Shown here in pieces: positions 48,798 through 61,471 of a stretch of 64,000 nt of DNA. The notes beneath the pieces are model-generated. The model was not told the origin of the DNA. It saw nothing but the letters and a program-made list of their open reading frames with translations, and made no database searches. This DNA comes from Trichosphaerium sp. ATCC 40318 (taxonomy: Eukaryota; Protista; Tubulinea). How positions within the stretch are numbered: the first letter of the stretch is position 1; each line of letters starts with the position of its first letter. Position numbers and translations under genes: made by a program. The stretch spans positions 328,590-392,589 of the forward strand of contig JALMLS010000397.1 in NCBI GenBank assembly GCA_038496445.1. The letters are read 5' to 3'.

Positions 48798-50942
48798 ATG
48801 AGTGCGTCACGAAAGGATTTCGAAACTGCTAAGGAACTGGCCGCTTCCAGCCCAGATAAAGCTGTAGCAATTTACTCGGGCATTTTAGACTCAACAGGTT
48901 CGTAATCAATACTGGTATACTGTATTAAGAGTGGTGGCGATATTAGGCAACTCCACAGATGATATTAAAGTAAAAGAGCAAACGATCACTAATCTAGGCG
49001 AACTATACGCCAAACTAGGGTACGGTCGCAATATCGATGGCATATGACGCCCAAAATTATTTATTCAATGTCAAAACAGCGCTAATTGAACCTACAGGAA
49101 GGCAGAAGAACTAAGCGGATTGCTCAAACGCGTTCGCCCTTTTTTTAATGTAGTACCAAAGGCCAAAACGGCAAAGATTGGTACGCAACATTTCAACAAA
49201 AAAATAATCCCGTTAACGTTGTAATGTAAAGTACGTACCTTGATCGACAAGGTAGCCGCTGTACCAGGCAAAACCGACATTATCATTCGCCTCATTATGG
49301 AGTGTATTGAATGGACAAAAGAAGGCAAACGTACCTTCCTACGCCAAAGATTGGAATTAAAACTTGCTGCATCGTACGTATATGGCTTAATTTTAGTGTG
49401 TTTCCATACATACTGGCGCTGTTCGTAGCTGTTCAGTGTTCAGTGCGCCAACTCTTGAAAAGAAAACAAGGCATTAATTAAATCATTTTTTTTTGTAAAT
49501 TTCGCGTTTTTACAATGACACTAACGTTGACTCTAGTTATTTTATCACAAAGCGTTACCAAGAAGCTCTGAAATTGATTTCACGCTTGGTTGTCGAAGTC
49601 AAAAAACTTGACGATAAAGCGCTGCTTGTAGAAATTTTCTTGCTAGAGAGTCGTATTCAACATGCGCTATCACACTTGCCTAAAGCGAGGGTACGGGAAC
49701 AAAACGATTCAACTAAATTAGATAGTTGATTTTAAATGCCAATTTAAAACTGTTCTGGTGTTGTTAAGTAAAAAACTTGCTCCCAGTTAGCCTCACACTA
49801 ATCACTCGCACTAGGCGTCGCTCACTGCAGGTAGAACTGCTGCTAATGCTATTTACTGTCCTCCTTTACTACAAGCCCAAATCGACTTACAATCGGGTAC
49901 TCTCCATGCAGAGGAACGCGATTATAAGACAGGGTACGCAACCCAACAAATCGACATTATTCGAAAACTTTTTATCATATTATCAAAACGCTGAAATTTC
50001 CACCATTTTTAGTCTGTCTCGTTGTCTCCTTGTCTAATTCTCCGTAGTTATTCCTACTTTTACGAAGCTTTCGAAGCATTGAGTACCCTTAATGACCCAA
50101 GCGCAGTACAGACGCTAAAATATATGCTTCTTTGTAAAATCATGACAAAGCAGGTAACTAATCCCAAAATTGGCTTGTGCCTTTTGACTCAAAAATATTT
50201 ACCACGCTTTAGACTACTGACATTACAAACATCATATCGGGAAAACTTGCGCTAAAGTACGATGGTAAAGACTTGCAGGCGATGAAAGCTATTGCCGCTG
50301 CTTACAAGAAGCGTTCTATCAAAGTTTTGCAAGGAGCGCTAGCTGAATACAACGCAGGTGAGTATCTCCGCGAATTCTTAAATTTGTTAGTTTTCAGAAT
50401 TTACTTTCTGCTGTTGGTTCTCACTTTGCCACAGAGTTGTCGGAAGATGCCATTATCACTAGACACTTGAAAGACTTGTACGACAACCTGTTAGAGCAGA
50501 ATCTAGCAAAGATTGTGGAACCTTACTCCGAGGTTGAGATATCGCACCTTGCTAAGCTCATCGAGCTACCTATTGCTGATGTAGAGAGAAAGTAAGTGCC
50601 CCCGGTCACTTGTGACCTTAATGCTGCTATTTTTGTTCGAACAAAACGCACAGGTTTTTTTTTTATATTTAGTACCGTTTTTTTCGATCTCTAACGTGGG
50701 TTAGGTTGTCACAGATGATACTAGATCACAAGTTGAGTGGTATTCTAGACCAAGGAAGGGATTGCTTGATAGTATTCGAAGACAAACCGGCTGACGTACG
50801 AAAAGCCGGCAATAGGCTAAAAAAGGCACTTGTCTATTCTTACCTTCCCTTTTAGAGCACATACACAGACGCCATAAATACTATCGCCGATGTCAGCAAC
50901 GTAGTAGACAGTCTCTACAAGAAAGCCGCCAAAGTAATGTAA
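48798..50942 (+). CDS. RPN6: 26S proteasome regulatory lid subunit RPN6/PSMD11
   Basis: [113 protein letters not shown] (PCI domain). Confidence 0.96.
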
Positions 50943-51189
50943 AAAAAAAATGAACAAAAAAATACAATCTGATTGAAAAAATGTGTGCTTCTTTACGTTT
51001 TTTTTTTCACTTTTAACTCGTTAAAACCAAGACTGATTTTTTACAAAAGCCCACGAAGAGCTCCTTTTAAATTGTATTATTATTACTATGTTTTCATTAT
51101 TTGTTTCAGTAGTGTACAAGGGGTTTTTTTTTTTGTTTTTCTTTTCTTTTTTCCTTTTTTCGTTGGCGTTCAGTTTCTCTTTTTTGTTA

Positions 51190-51609
51190 TTACACGGTAG
51201 CGCCACGAGTAGGGCGAAAAATTGGCTTGTGGTGTTTTCGAAATTCTTCTATCCGGTATTGCGTAAGCGCTGAGTGTGCTACCATTTCGTGTGGTGGGAT
51301 AAACTAAACGTTGGTTAGTTAAAATACATTACAGTTTTTTCTTTTTTTTTTTGCTTTTTCTCAACGCCGTACCTGATTTTTAGGCGACAAAGCTTGTGTA
51401 GACGCGCTAGAGTTTGAGAACTTGCCAGGTATTGGTATAGGCGGGGAGCTCAGTTCGTTTAACTCTTGCTGTTTAGTTTTGTTTTGTGACTGATCTGTTT
51501 GGCTAGCGGCAGAAGTGGTTTCAGAGTCGTCCTTACGCTTCGCAGAGCTTGAGGCTTCAACGCCAACGCCCACAGGTTCTCCCCACTCCATTTCGAATTG
51601 TAGATCCAT
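51190..51609 (-). CDS. Small (~116 aa) disordered protein with FEME(W), SPPIPIP and FIPPHE motifs (2 exons)
   Basis: Exon 1 MDLQFEMEW..ELSSPPIPIPGKF..SPKNQ|gtacgg; branch ctaac and tttag acceptor; exon 2 FIPPHEMVAHSALTQYRIEEFRKHHKPIFRPTRGATV*. Confidence 0.7.
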
Positions 51610-52691
51610 TGCTGTTTCGTTGTTTGGTATAAGTGATTACTGACGGGACCAAAGGAAACTAACAAAAAGTTTCGGTCGTTTATTTGCCGCGTTCTCTTTG
51701 GGATTAACACTAAAATGGGCAAATTTTGGGCCGCAAAGGATTTGCCCGTGAAATTCTCGAGAATACAGAAACTGCAAGAGCTTATTTGCACCACCTTGGA
51801 TCGGTAAAGCGCATAAAAAATGCGGTCTGCACTCTTTTTTGGGTTTGACTTCGTTTAAAATTTTATTCCACAAACCAAGCCGTAACTTTTGTTTGTACGA
51901 GTTGCTTTTCGGGGGTTAATGAGGACACATCTCCGTTTACTTTCGAGCGTAGTTTCGCGTTCTTCTTTACAGGTGTTGTGTGGCGAGTGAAAAAGTTTTG
52001 TTCATTCGTTCTAGTTCATTTCGCTGTTTTACAAACTGAAGACTTCACGACAACGAGACCCTTTCGCGCTCTTCCTAAAGTGGGACCACCTCAAGGATTG
52101 CTGTAGAAAGCAACCAAATCGTTGCGTTTTAACCAGCTAAACTATTATAAATAGTAACTGGTTGTAAAGCGCGAAAAGTTATCGTAGTCCACCAATTAGA
52201 TCGCGTCGATTGGTTTGCGAGTGGTGTAGCAATGCAGTTTTGTCTAATTTTTTCGATGGTATTTTTGTATAAGAGCTCTTCTAAACCCTCTCAGGCTCGC
52301 TAAATGAGTGCAACATACACACTAACGCAATTAGTTCAGCGCTTCCAAAAAGGCAAGTGCCTACCTTTAAGCTTTTCACAAGTTGCCGCGGGGACCATAC
52401 GCCACTTCTTGGTACTCCCAATGAACTGGGCTTAGTTTAGCAGCTTAGTTTGACGTACTTTGCAAATTAATTTTTGTAGTATTATTGCTGTTCACGCTAT
52501 GTACTTCGCTACAAAACGTCTCGACTACTAAAAAGAAAGCATCTTGAGATTGATAAGTTCACTGAGCTGTTTTCTGTTTATCGATAGGTAATCGAGTGGT
52601 TTTTATGGTTACATTATCAATACGTAACGATTGATTTCCCATCAGGAGTGTTGTTACAGCAAAACGACTAGGTGGTACGTTTTTCTTGTAT

Positions 52692-53712
52692 TTAGTTTAG
52701 TTCAAAAATAACTTCGCCGTCGTGTTCATCTGCCGTTTCGTTGTACAAGAGGTTGCCCTCAAGGTAGGTATCTATTCGCGAGTTGTTCTTCGCCTTAGAA
52801 CAGCGCCTATTTTCGGTTAGTGACACGTGTGGAAAGGCAATTAAATATAGGTACCTGAACACGATAATGCTAAGAACTATTCCAGCACCTAGTATAATAA
52901 ACGCTCCCAGTGCAGCCGCTACATAAAACTCCTCTATTTTTGTTGGTAAACTTAGCTATTTTAGGTTGCTGTTATTTTAAGCGTACCTAGACGAGCAGAT
53001 TCTGTTACTACTGCTGGTGCACTAGGTACATTCGTCGGCGCATTTGGAGCGATAGCAGGATTTGTAGAGGGTTGTACTACAGGTGCTACATTAGGAGCTT
53101 GAGTAGGCTGAACGGGCGCATCTGTAGCATTCGTTGGTGCACCGGTAGTAGGCGCTGTAGTAGTAGCATTAGGTTGCACAGATGGTCCAGTGGGGGACAT
53201 AGGTTCTTTAGAAGGAGCAACACTAGGTGTTGCTGTAGTGGGTGCTACAGTAATAGCATCGCTTGGAGCTAACGTAGGCTCAGTTGTAGGTTCTGCCGTT
53301 GGTTCTTGTGTTGGAGCAGGCGTCGTGGGAGCAGGTGTTGGAGGACTACTAGTAGGTTCTGCAGTTGGAGGTACTGTTGTTGGCGGGCTGGTAAGTTCTG
53401 CAGTTGGCGCCACTGTTGTTGGAGTAATTGTTGTTGGCACCATTGTTGTTGGCGCGCCAGTAGGTTCCGCAGTTGGCGCTACTGTTGTTGGTGCTGCCGT
53501 TGGTGTTGTAGTTGTTGGCGCAATACTTGTTGGTAAGGATGTTGGAGGATCTATCAAACGCTGTCACTTTTCCTGCACAACGAAAATAGGTTACCTGTAG
53601 TGGCCGTGGGTGACTCTGTGGTAGGTTGCGTTGGCGGTGGAGTTGTGTCTTGAGCCTGCAAAACAGATAGTAATGCCAAAGTGCAAACAAATATCAATGT
53701 TAAGCGCCACAT
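52692..53712 (-). CDS. Mucin-like PT/AP-rich type I membrane glycoprotein (4 exons)
   Basis: Signal MWRLTLIFVCTLALLSVLQA, ~190 aa of PT-rich repeats, TM FYVAAALGAFIILGAGIVLSIIVF, short acidic tail ..DGEVIFELN*. Confidence 0.85.
53000..53545 (-). repeat. Coding degenerate 12-15 bp tandem repeats (PTxx/PTAE)
   Basis: PTAA PTTVA PTAE PTGA PTTMV PTTIT PTTVA PTAE units. Confidence 0.85.
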
Positions 53713-54018
53713 ATGTGCTAGAACTACGAGGAGTAAGATACGAGACTCTTTTACCAGTTCACGAGGTTTTTTGTTATATAAGCGCTATACGCGTATTATT
53801 TGAACCTCGTAACCTTAAAGCTAGCTTTTGTAGCGTAAAAACATCAAACAGAAGTTAGGTCACGTACTTTTAAGATTTCTTACACGAATGTGAGTTAGTG
53901 TACGTTGGGTACAGACAGAACTTCAAAACAAAAAAAAAAGGCAGGACAGACAAAAAAATGGGCTGAACTTTCGTGGTGGGTCACCATATTAATTCACACT
54001 GCACTCCCTACTCCAAGA

Positions 54019-54663
54019 ATGAACGCTCAGATAATATTACAAAGCTTAACAGAATATCAGTGCGTTTAACTCCAGAAACCGTTCAAAAAAGAAAAATACC
54101 GCAAGACTAACCTTCAAAAGATTTGCCATCGCCACCATCAACAACGGCGCTAATAACATGCATGTATTTGATAAAAACGATGTTAGCACAGTATGCGAAT
54201 TACGGACGTTATTAAAGCCACATGACAGATGTCTTCACTACCTTGTCAAAATAAAGCCTTCAGGTACGGTTATTTCCAACATTGTATTCACACTTTTTTT
54301 TTGTTTTATGGAGAAAATTTAACACTCCTTCAAGGTGCCCTTGATCTAAATTCATTAACAAGCGCATCACAGTATGAATTTAAACCCCAAAAATTATATG
54401 TGTATGCCACAATAAGCGGTACGTGCAGTGCACAAAAAAAAAGCGTGACTGTAATTCTAGATATAATGGCAAGCACCTTTTGGCGAGTTGGAGCCGTGTA
54501 CGATAGAACTAAACCTCTTCGTAAGGCGATGAAAAGTCTATCAGTGAAGAATAAACGTGCAAAAGTTTCAGATGGGCGCGTTACCAAACGCAGGCTTTCG
54601 CCTCATAAACGCCGAGATAGGCCAAATGCGATACGGCGAGTGCGATTAAACACAATGGATTGA
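54019..54663 (+). CDS. Hypothetical protein with highly basic C-terminus (4 exons)
   Basis: Introns with donors gtgcgt, gtacgg and gtacgt join in frame: MNAQIILQSLTEYQFAIAT..KIKPSGALDLN..YATISDIMASTFW..KRRLSPHKRRDRPNAIRRVRLNTMD*. No family recognised. Confidence 0.55.
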
Positions 54664-55040
54664 ATTCGAGGTTTATATTCACATAATCTCTCAGAGACAA
54701 ACAAAACCAGCAAAACACAACACCTCCACACTCGTTGTTAATGACGCAAGGTTGTAGTTGATTGAAAAAAAAAAATAGTTGAGTGAAAGCATTATTTCAC
54801 AATAACCGTTTTTTGTGCTCATTCGTTGGGCAGTGTAGTTCTATGTACAAAAAAATAAATAAATAGTTAGTGAACAGCTCATACATGTCACGTGTTAGCA
54901 TGTAATTTAGCGCTATTTTTTTGCGTAAAAGAAAGGTCAAGCCCAATAAATTGAGTTGTCCAAAAAAACGTGTAATCACTCAGAGAGCATTTTACAAAAT
55001 ACTCAACACGTATAACAACAACAGCAAAACAACAGCCTAG

Positions 55041-58000
55041 ATGAGTTCAAGAGGTCGTTCACGCGGTGGCGGTAGAGGCAGAGGCGGCAGAGGAGGTCGC
55101 GGTGGCCGAGGAGGAAGTCGTGGTGGCAGCAGAGGCGGTTACAGCGGCGGGGGTGGTCGTAGCGGCGGCAGAGGCGGTAGAGGAGGTCGAGGCGGCGGCA
55201 GAGGCAGCTACGGTGGCCGTGGTGGCGGTAAAGGTGGAAGAGGTTCGTTTTGTACACTTTTGATTTGTTTCGCTAACGTATTCAAGTGCAAATGACAGCA
55301 ACACCTCAGGACCTCAAAGGTGCGTATCGTAACTTGGTTTTTGAAAATCTATCAAAATATTGATTATTAATTTTCAATCTGTTTAGCGGGAGAATTGATG
55401 ATGAATTACTTCACTGTATCTATTGCAGCGAAGGATCGCTTTTTTTTCGAGTACTCGCCTGATATCTCTGTACGCGCATTTTTTTATTATTTGATTTGTG
55501 TCCAAAAAAAAACCTTCTAAACTTTTAACGTTCTGAATGCATTCAGCCTTTCTGAACGTCCGGCCTTTGCGAGCCCTTCTGAACGAAAACTTTTTATGTT
55601 GCAATCATTTGCAAGAGTAACAAGTTGCTTTAGGTTGTCGGAGAAGGTTTTCAAAAGGACATGTTTACTTTGGTGGAGATGTTCTTTCAAAACTTTTACT
55701 CGCCCAAGGAACGCGAAGGGATAAAGCAAAAAGGTACAAGCTTTTTTGGTTTTGGTCAACCCTAACTGAACTTTCAGGTGGCTATTACTTTAATGGCACC
55801 ACAATTTACACGTGGAAACCATTACCTCGTATTTTACCGAACAAGTTACCTCCGCCTCAAGCGTATCGCTTGAAGGGAATTGATCAAAAGTACATGTTTT
55901 CAATCAAGAGTTGCAGACGCATAGCGATGTCACCAAAGCCTGGTCAAAGAAAGCTTGCTGAGAACTTTTTGAATGCCATCATAAAGCAGGTATATTACAA
56001 ATCAATCTGTCAATTTTTTTTTTTGTAAATACTGATGTAAACGCTAACTCTATTGTGTAGATGACAACTGAAGCCATAAATGACGAAAAACGCGGTTTAA
56101 TTATGATTGGTAGAAATCTCTGTATGGTACGAAATTAAATATTTCAAATTGGTTTTGTGATTTACTGTTCGTATAGACTCAGCAAATTGATGGCCCTAGA
56201 GGCGTGGAGATTTACCCTGGGTTTCACACTGATTTGTGTTGGAAGAACTTGACATCTCCTGATGGAAAACTTATTCCATCCCTTGTCATCAATATCGATA
56301 CCACGTCTAAAGTGCGTAGTACAAACACCGTGCTAGACTTTATCGATATTGAAATGGATAATGGGCAATCGAGAGAGCAAGTAGAGCATGAGCTCATGGA
56401 CAAAAAGGTCTACACGAAGTACGTTGGACTCTTAAAGCAAAGTGAATTTTGAATGTAATCTATCAAGTTTGTTTGTTCAATTTTTTTTTCAATGACCGAT
56501 TATAACTTGCTGTTAGGTATAATAACCGCACGTACACAATTGAAGCTATCGATTGGGGTCAGACACCAATGGATACATTTGACCGTGGTGGTGGTCGCGG
56601 TACGTATTAATTCGCAACCTTCTTTCTCTGACAAGTTCCTAAGGGCGTGATAGTAATGTAATTTCATACTATGATTATTATAGAAATCAGCACAAGGTGA
56701 CCATTCGGGATACCAAGCAGCCTTTATTGGTTAGTCGTATGTCTAGACGTCAAGAAATCCGTCTTATCCCAAGTTTATGTCTATTGACTGATATGTGCGT
56801 ACAGCTATTTTCCATCGATTAAACGCTTTCTGACCCCTTTTCCCTAGCCCTGCATCTGCAAGACGTGAGTTGCCTAAAATATGTGGTGTAAAGCCACCAG
56901 ATCGTATAACACGCATGAAAAAGTTTTGTAACATTTTGAGTACCAACAAGCGTGTACGTTTTGATCTTTTGTTTGTTTTTGTACAACTAACAATGTCTCG
57001 TAGTTCGCTCAATACATTAAAATTCAATCAGATGGCACCAAGGTCACAAGACCTTTGTTGTTTTCACCTCCTGTAATTCGATTTCCAATTGCGAACAAGA
57101 GATTTAACAGTTTCTTGGCTGATAACGATTGGGGTCGTGACATGAAGTCTAACCTCAAATTCCACTCGCCTACAAGCGGTCGTAAGGAACTTACTGTGTG
57201 GGTGACTTATGCAAGTACAAACTGGGATCGTGATGCTGCACAAGATTACATCGATGAGATCTACAAGGTCCGTTTTCTTAGTTTTGTTTATTGTGCCCAA
57301 GATTTCGACTATTAACAGCATTTTGTAAGAACATGCGCAACTTCGCGTCGCCTATAATATTGAAAAAGGCTATTGAGGTTCCTGTACCTCGTAATTCGAG
57401 TCCTGAAAAATCCTTGATGAATTTATGGAGAAAGAAAAATTACAAACCTGTTCCTACTACCACTCTCATCATTGCTTTCCTTGGCGAAGGAGCTGATCAA
57501 TACAATCGTTTCAAGACGTTCTGTTTCCAACAGGGTTACACCTCACAGGTGGTAAAATTGACGTACGCTGAACATTGCACTAGTTTTTGTTGTAAACTTG
57601 CACTTTTCTAACTTTTTGTAAAGTCGTAAATCTGAGCAACAACGCTCACGACAATACGAGAATATTGTATTTAAAATCGCTGCCCAGATCGTAAACAAAT
57701 ACGACTATTTGTGTTGGGACATTGACATTGCTCGTGCAGCACCAATCCTTAAAGGAAAAACAGTACTCATGATCGGTATTGATGTCTATCACGCTCCAAA
57801 GCGTTACTTTAGAGAGGGTTACTACCAACGTAGGTCCATCGGTGCCTTCGTATCCGTTCTCGTAACTCCTGATGGCAAATGGACCACATCATCCATGATT
57901 GTTCCAAAATTGGTAGGTTTTATTTTTTGGTTTATTGTTTTTTTTTTAATATTAACGTCTGATTAGGCAAGAAAGGAGATAATTAGAAAAGAAACCACGA

Positions 58001-58788
58001 CCAACAGAGATCGTGGTGACGATGTAGCCGATGAGCTCGAATCGCCTGAAATCACAGAAAAAGAGGAGTTAAAGAAGGTACTTTGAGTTATTTCTTTGAT
58101 TTGGTACTAATTAATTACAATGTAGTTTGTTCAACGCATTACTAAGGGCATTAAAAAACTTGATTATTGCTTCGTTTTCAGAGATGGTGTTGGTGAATCT
58201 ATGTTGACTGCAGTAAAGAACAAAGAGGTCACTCAGGTCACTCAAGTCGTTCCAAAAGACACCAACGTGGTGTACATGACAATCCAGAAACGTATTCACT
58301 CTAAGGTCCTATTCCGAAAACGCACAAGCGCTGGCGCCACATACATGAATCCACCAAAGGGACTTGTAGTGCAAAATGTCAAGTCTATGTTTCCAACTGG
58401 CATGACATGGAAGGACTTTTACCTCATCCCTACTTCTACCAACTTGAGCACTGTACGTCATCAAATTCTTTCGCCAAAATCAAAACCAAAATTAAATTAA
58501 CATTTTATTCTAGGTAAACCCTGTCAGATATGTTCTCTTGACATCTAAGGGCATCGACCTGAAAGATATCCAAAGATTGACCTATCACATGTGTTACATG
58601 TATCCAAATTGGTCTGACTCTGTAAAACTCCCAGCTCCAACCCAATGCGCGCATAAGGTAAGCTTTTATAAACAACAAATATTTTTGATACTTATGGATT
58701 ATAGTTGGCATACCTCGTGGGTGAACTCAAAGTCACTGATCCAAAAATCAACGCTTGTTTGGAAAGCAACTCTATGTTCTTCTTGTAA
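55041..58788 (+). CDS. Piwi-subfamily Argonaute with RGG N-terminus
   Basis: RG-rich leader; LMMNYF; PAZ YNNRTYTIEAIDWGQTP..SYYDYY..QPLL..LIPSLCLLT; MID YNRFK..TSQ..KIAAQIVNK; PIWI MIGIDVYH, KEII, FRDGVGE, QKRI, LTYHMCYMYPNW..PAPTQCAHKLA. Confidence 0.95.
55050..55242 (+). repeat. Coding RGG/RG low-complexity repeat
   Basis: GC-rich ggcggcagagg/ggtcgc units encoding RGGGRGRGGRGG at the Argonaute N-terminus. Confidence 0.9.
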
Positions 58789-59016
58789 TTGTTGCTCACA
58801 AGCGCTGCCTATCTATCTTGTTAGCAATTTGTAAAAAAACCCCAAAATAAATTTTTAGTCATTTTCAATAGTTTTCTCTTCGTGTTTTTTGTTATTTACA
58901 TTTAATGTCGTGTCAGCACTACGCTCAAATAACATTGTGACGAGTGTTTTCCGCGTTTCAGTCAAAATACGCAATAACACGCGTAAAATCGCGATTTAAG
59001 CACTCAACAAGTAAAG

Positions 59017-61353
59017 ATGCTGGTAAATAAGTCTATTTCTTGTCGATGGTTTGGTGTAAAGTCACAACACCCTCGAGTGTTGGCTAAGCGAACAGTAAGG
59101 GTAATGAAAGGTTCTGAGCTCGCTAGGCGGTTCGCAACAGCATCACCCGAATTTAAAGAAAAAGTGCTAAAAGGACCTACGTTGGGTGATTTCATACAAG
59201 AGGGTTAGTTAGGGCACTAGTAGCGTACTTGTAAAAGCGTAGTAATAATTCTTGTTTAGATTCGGCACATGAAGTTGACCAAGAGCCAGATGTTGCTCCA
59301 TACTTATCTAGAATGCAAGGCCTCGATCAAACAGTATACATTGAAAGTTATGGATGTCAAATGAACACAAATGACGCCGAAATTGTTTTAGCAATTATGC
59401 AACAGGAAGGTTACAAACGTTCAGATGATCCTTTAGAAGTACGATATTATCGTGTCAAGTTGATTATATTTATGGAAATAATTTTAGTCTGACGTGATAT
59501 TGCTCAATACGTGTGCTATTCGCGACAAGGCCGAACAAAAAATTTGGGAGCGTCTCACATGGTTAAACTCTGTGAAGAGAAAGCGCAAAATTAAGAAAAA
59601 AGGAACTGTCATTGGAGTGAGTTTTTTTTACTTGCAGGTTATGTTGTAGCCTGACATATTTGAGGTACTCGGTTGCATGGCAGAGCGATTGAAGGAGGAA
59701 TTACTTGAAAAGAGACAAGTGGTTGATATTGTAGCAGGACCAGACTCTTATCGTAAGTTGCCAACTTTGTTATCAAAAGTAGAGGTACATTGCTTTCGTA
59801 CAAGCCTGTCTCGTAACTCACATAAAAACATAGTCAGGATCCCGTGCAATTAATGTAATTCTTTCTCAAGACGAGACATATGCTGATGTAGCTCCTGTAC
59901 GCCTTGCACCAGATAACGTATCAGCGTATGTTCAGAGTTTTTCTCATTGAAGAACTTACATCTACCATAGTTTTGTATCTATTATGCGCGGTTGCAATAA
60001 TATGTGTACCTACTGTATTGTTCCGTTTACCAGAGGAAGAGAGCGTAGCCGAGATCCTGATTCCATAGAAAGAGAGGTAGTAGAGTTATACAAGCAAGGA
60101 GTACGAGAGGTACATTTGCAATCACGTCCAGGTTGGATTTATGACATTCTCACAAATCCGCCTACAGGTAGTTATTCTCGGTCAAAACGTAAACAGTTAC
60201 AACTACAAAGATGAGAGTGTTGAAACAAAACCCGCTGACGTTGTAGATGGATTTAAAACAATATACAAAAAACCTCAGTACGTTGACCTTTTTTGTTTTT
60301 CTTCTGGTTTTACTTGATAAAGTTGACGGTAGTCTATAGAGTTGGTGTATCATTCACGGATTTGATGGATAGACTAAGTGCACGTGTACCAGGCATGCGT
60401 ATTCGTTTCACCTCACCACATCCCAAAGACTTTCCAACATCATTGATCCATCTTATCAAAGCCAGGTAACAATGCAGTGAATCATATTTCATCTAACACA
60501 GCTTCAGGCCAAATATTTGTAATAACTTGCATATGCCAGCTCAAAGTGGTAGCACCAATGTACTAGAGAAGATGAGACGCGGTTATTCTCGAGAGGCTTA
60601 CCTTGCTTTGATCGATTCTGTGCGCAAGATAATCCCAGATATTACTTTGTCAAGGTACTTGTGGTAGCTGGTTTCTTCACTAACTTATTTACTTTGTAGC
60701 GATTTTATTTCAGGATTTTGTGGGGAAACTGAAGAAGATCACAAAGAAACCTTATCTTTGCTCAAAGAAGTTCGATTTGATCACGTAAGTGTTTGAATAT
60801 CCCTCTAAAGGGTTTACTTTGTGACCCCGTGCTTAACAAGAAACTATTCTAGGCGTTCATGTTTGCATACTCTATGAGAGAGAAAACGCCAGCGCATAGA
60901 AGATACGAGTGAGTGCACCGCTCCTTTCGTAAACATTGATTGTAATGACATTTGCTTAGGGATGATGTCGAACCTGAAGTGAAAAAGAGGAGACTGCAAG
61001 AAGTCATACGCACATTCTACGCTTTATCGGAAGAAAAAAATAAACAAGAAATTGGCAAACGCCATCTGATTTTGGTTGAAAAGGTAACACTTTTGTTTTT
61101 GTTCCAAAGGCCTTACAGCGACTAGAAAAGTAGAAAGTCTGACAAGGAGTGGATGGGTAGAAGTGACACTAACAAAAAAATTGTGTTTCCTGATGCAGTA
61201 TTGCCCAGTCGCTTAGAACCCAACAAGACATCGCCCATAAAGAGCGGGGACTTTGTTGAGGTTGAAGTACATGGCATTAGCGCTGTGTCGTTGAAGGGTA
61301 CCGCAATCGCCCATTCTAGCATCAGTAAACACAACGACTTGTACCATACCTAG
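59017..61353 (+). CDS. CDK5RAP1: Mitochondrial tRNA 2-methylthiotransferase (CDK5RAP1/MiaB, radical SAM + TRAM)
   Basis: Presequence; [46 protein letters not shown] (CxxxCxxC), [23 protein letters not shown]; C-terminal TRAM domain. Confidence 0.96.
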
Positions 61354-61471
61354 TGTAAATAATACGCAAAAAAGAAACCAAATAAAAAAGAGTAAAACGA
61401 ATTCTGAAGAAAATTATGTCATGTGTTTTGCCTGTCAAAAATCATTTTGGTGCGTTACCACGTGCAGAGAA

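Noticed and set aside
55003-55304. Ala/Thr-rich and Arg/Cys-rich ORFs overlapping the Argonaute start
   Set aside because: Alternative-frame shadows of the GC-rich RGG repeat.
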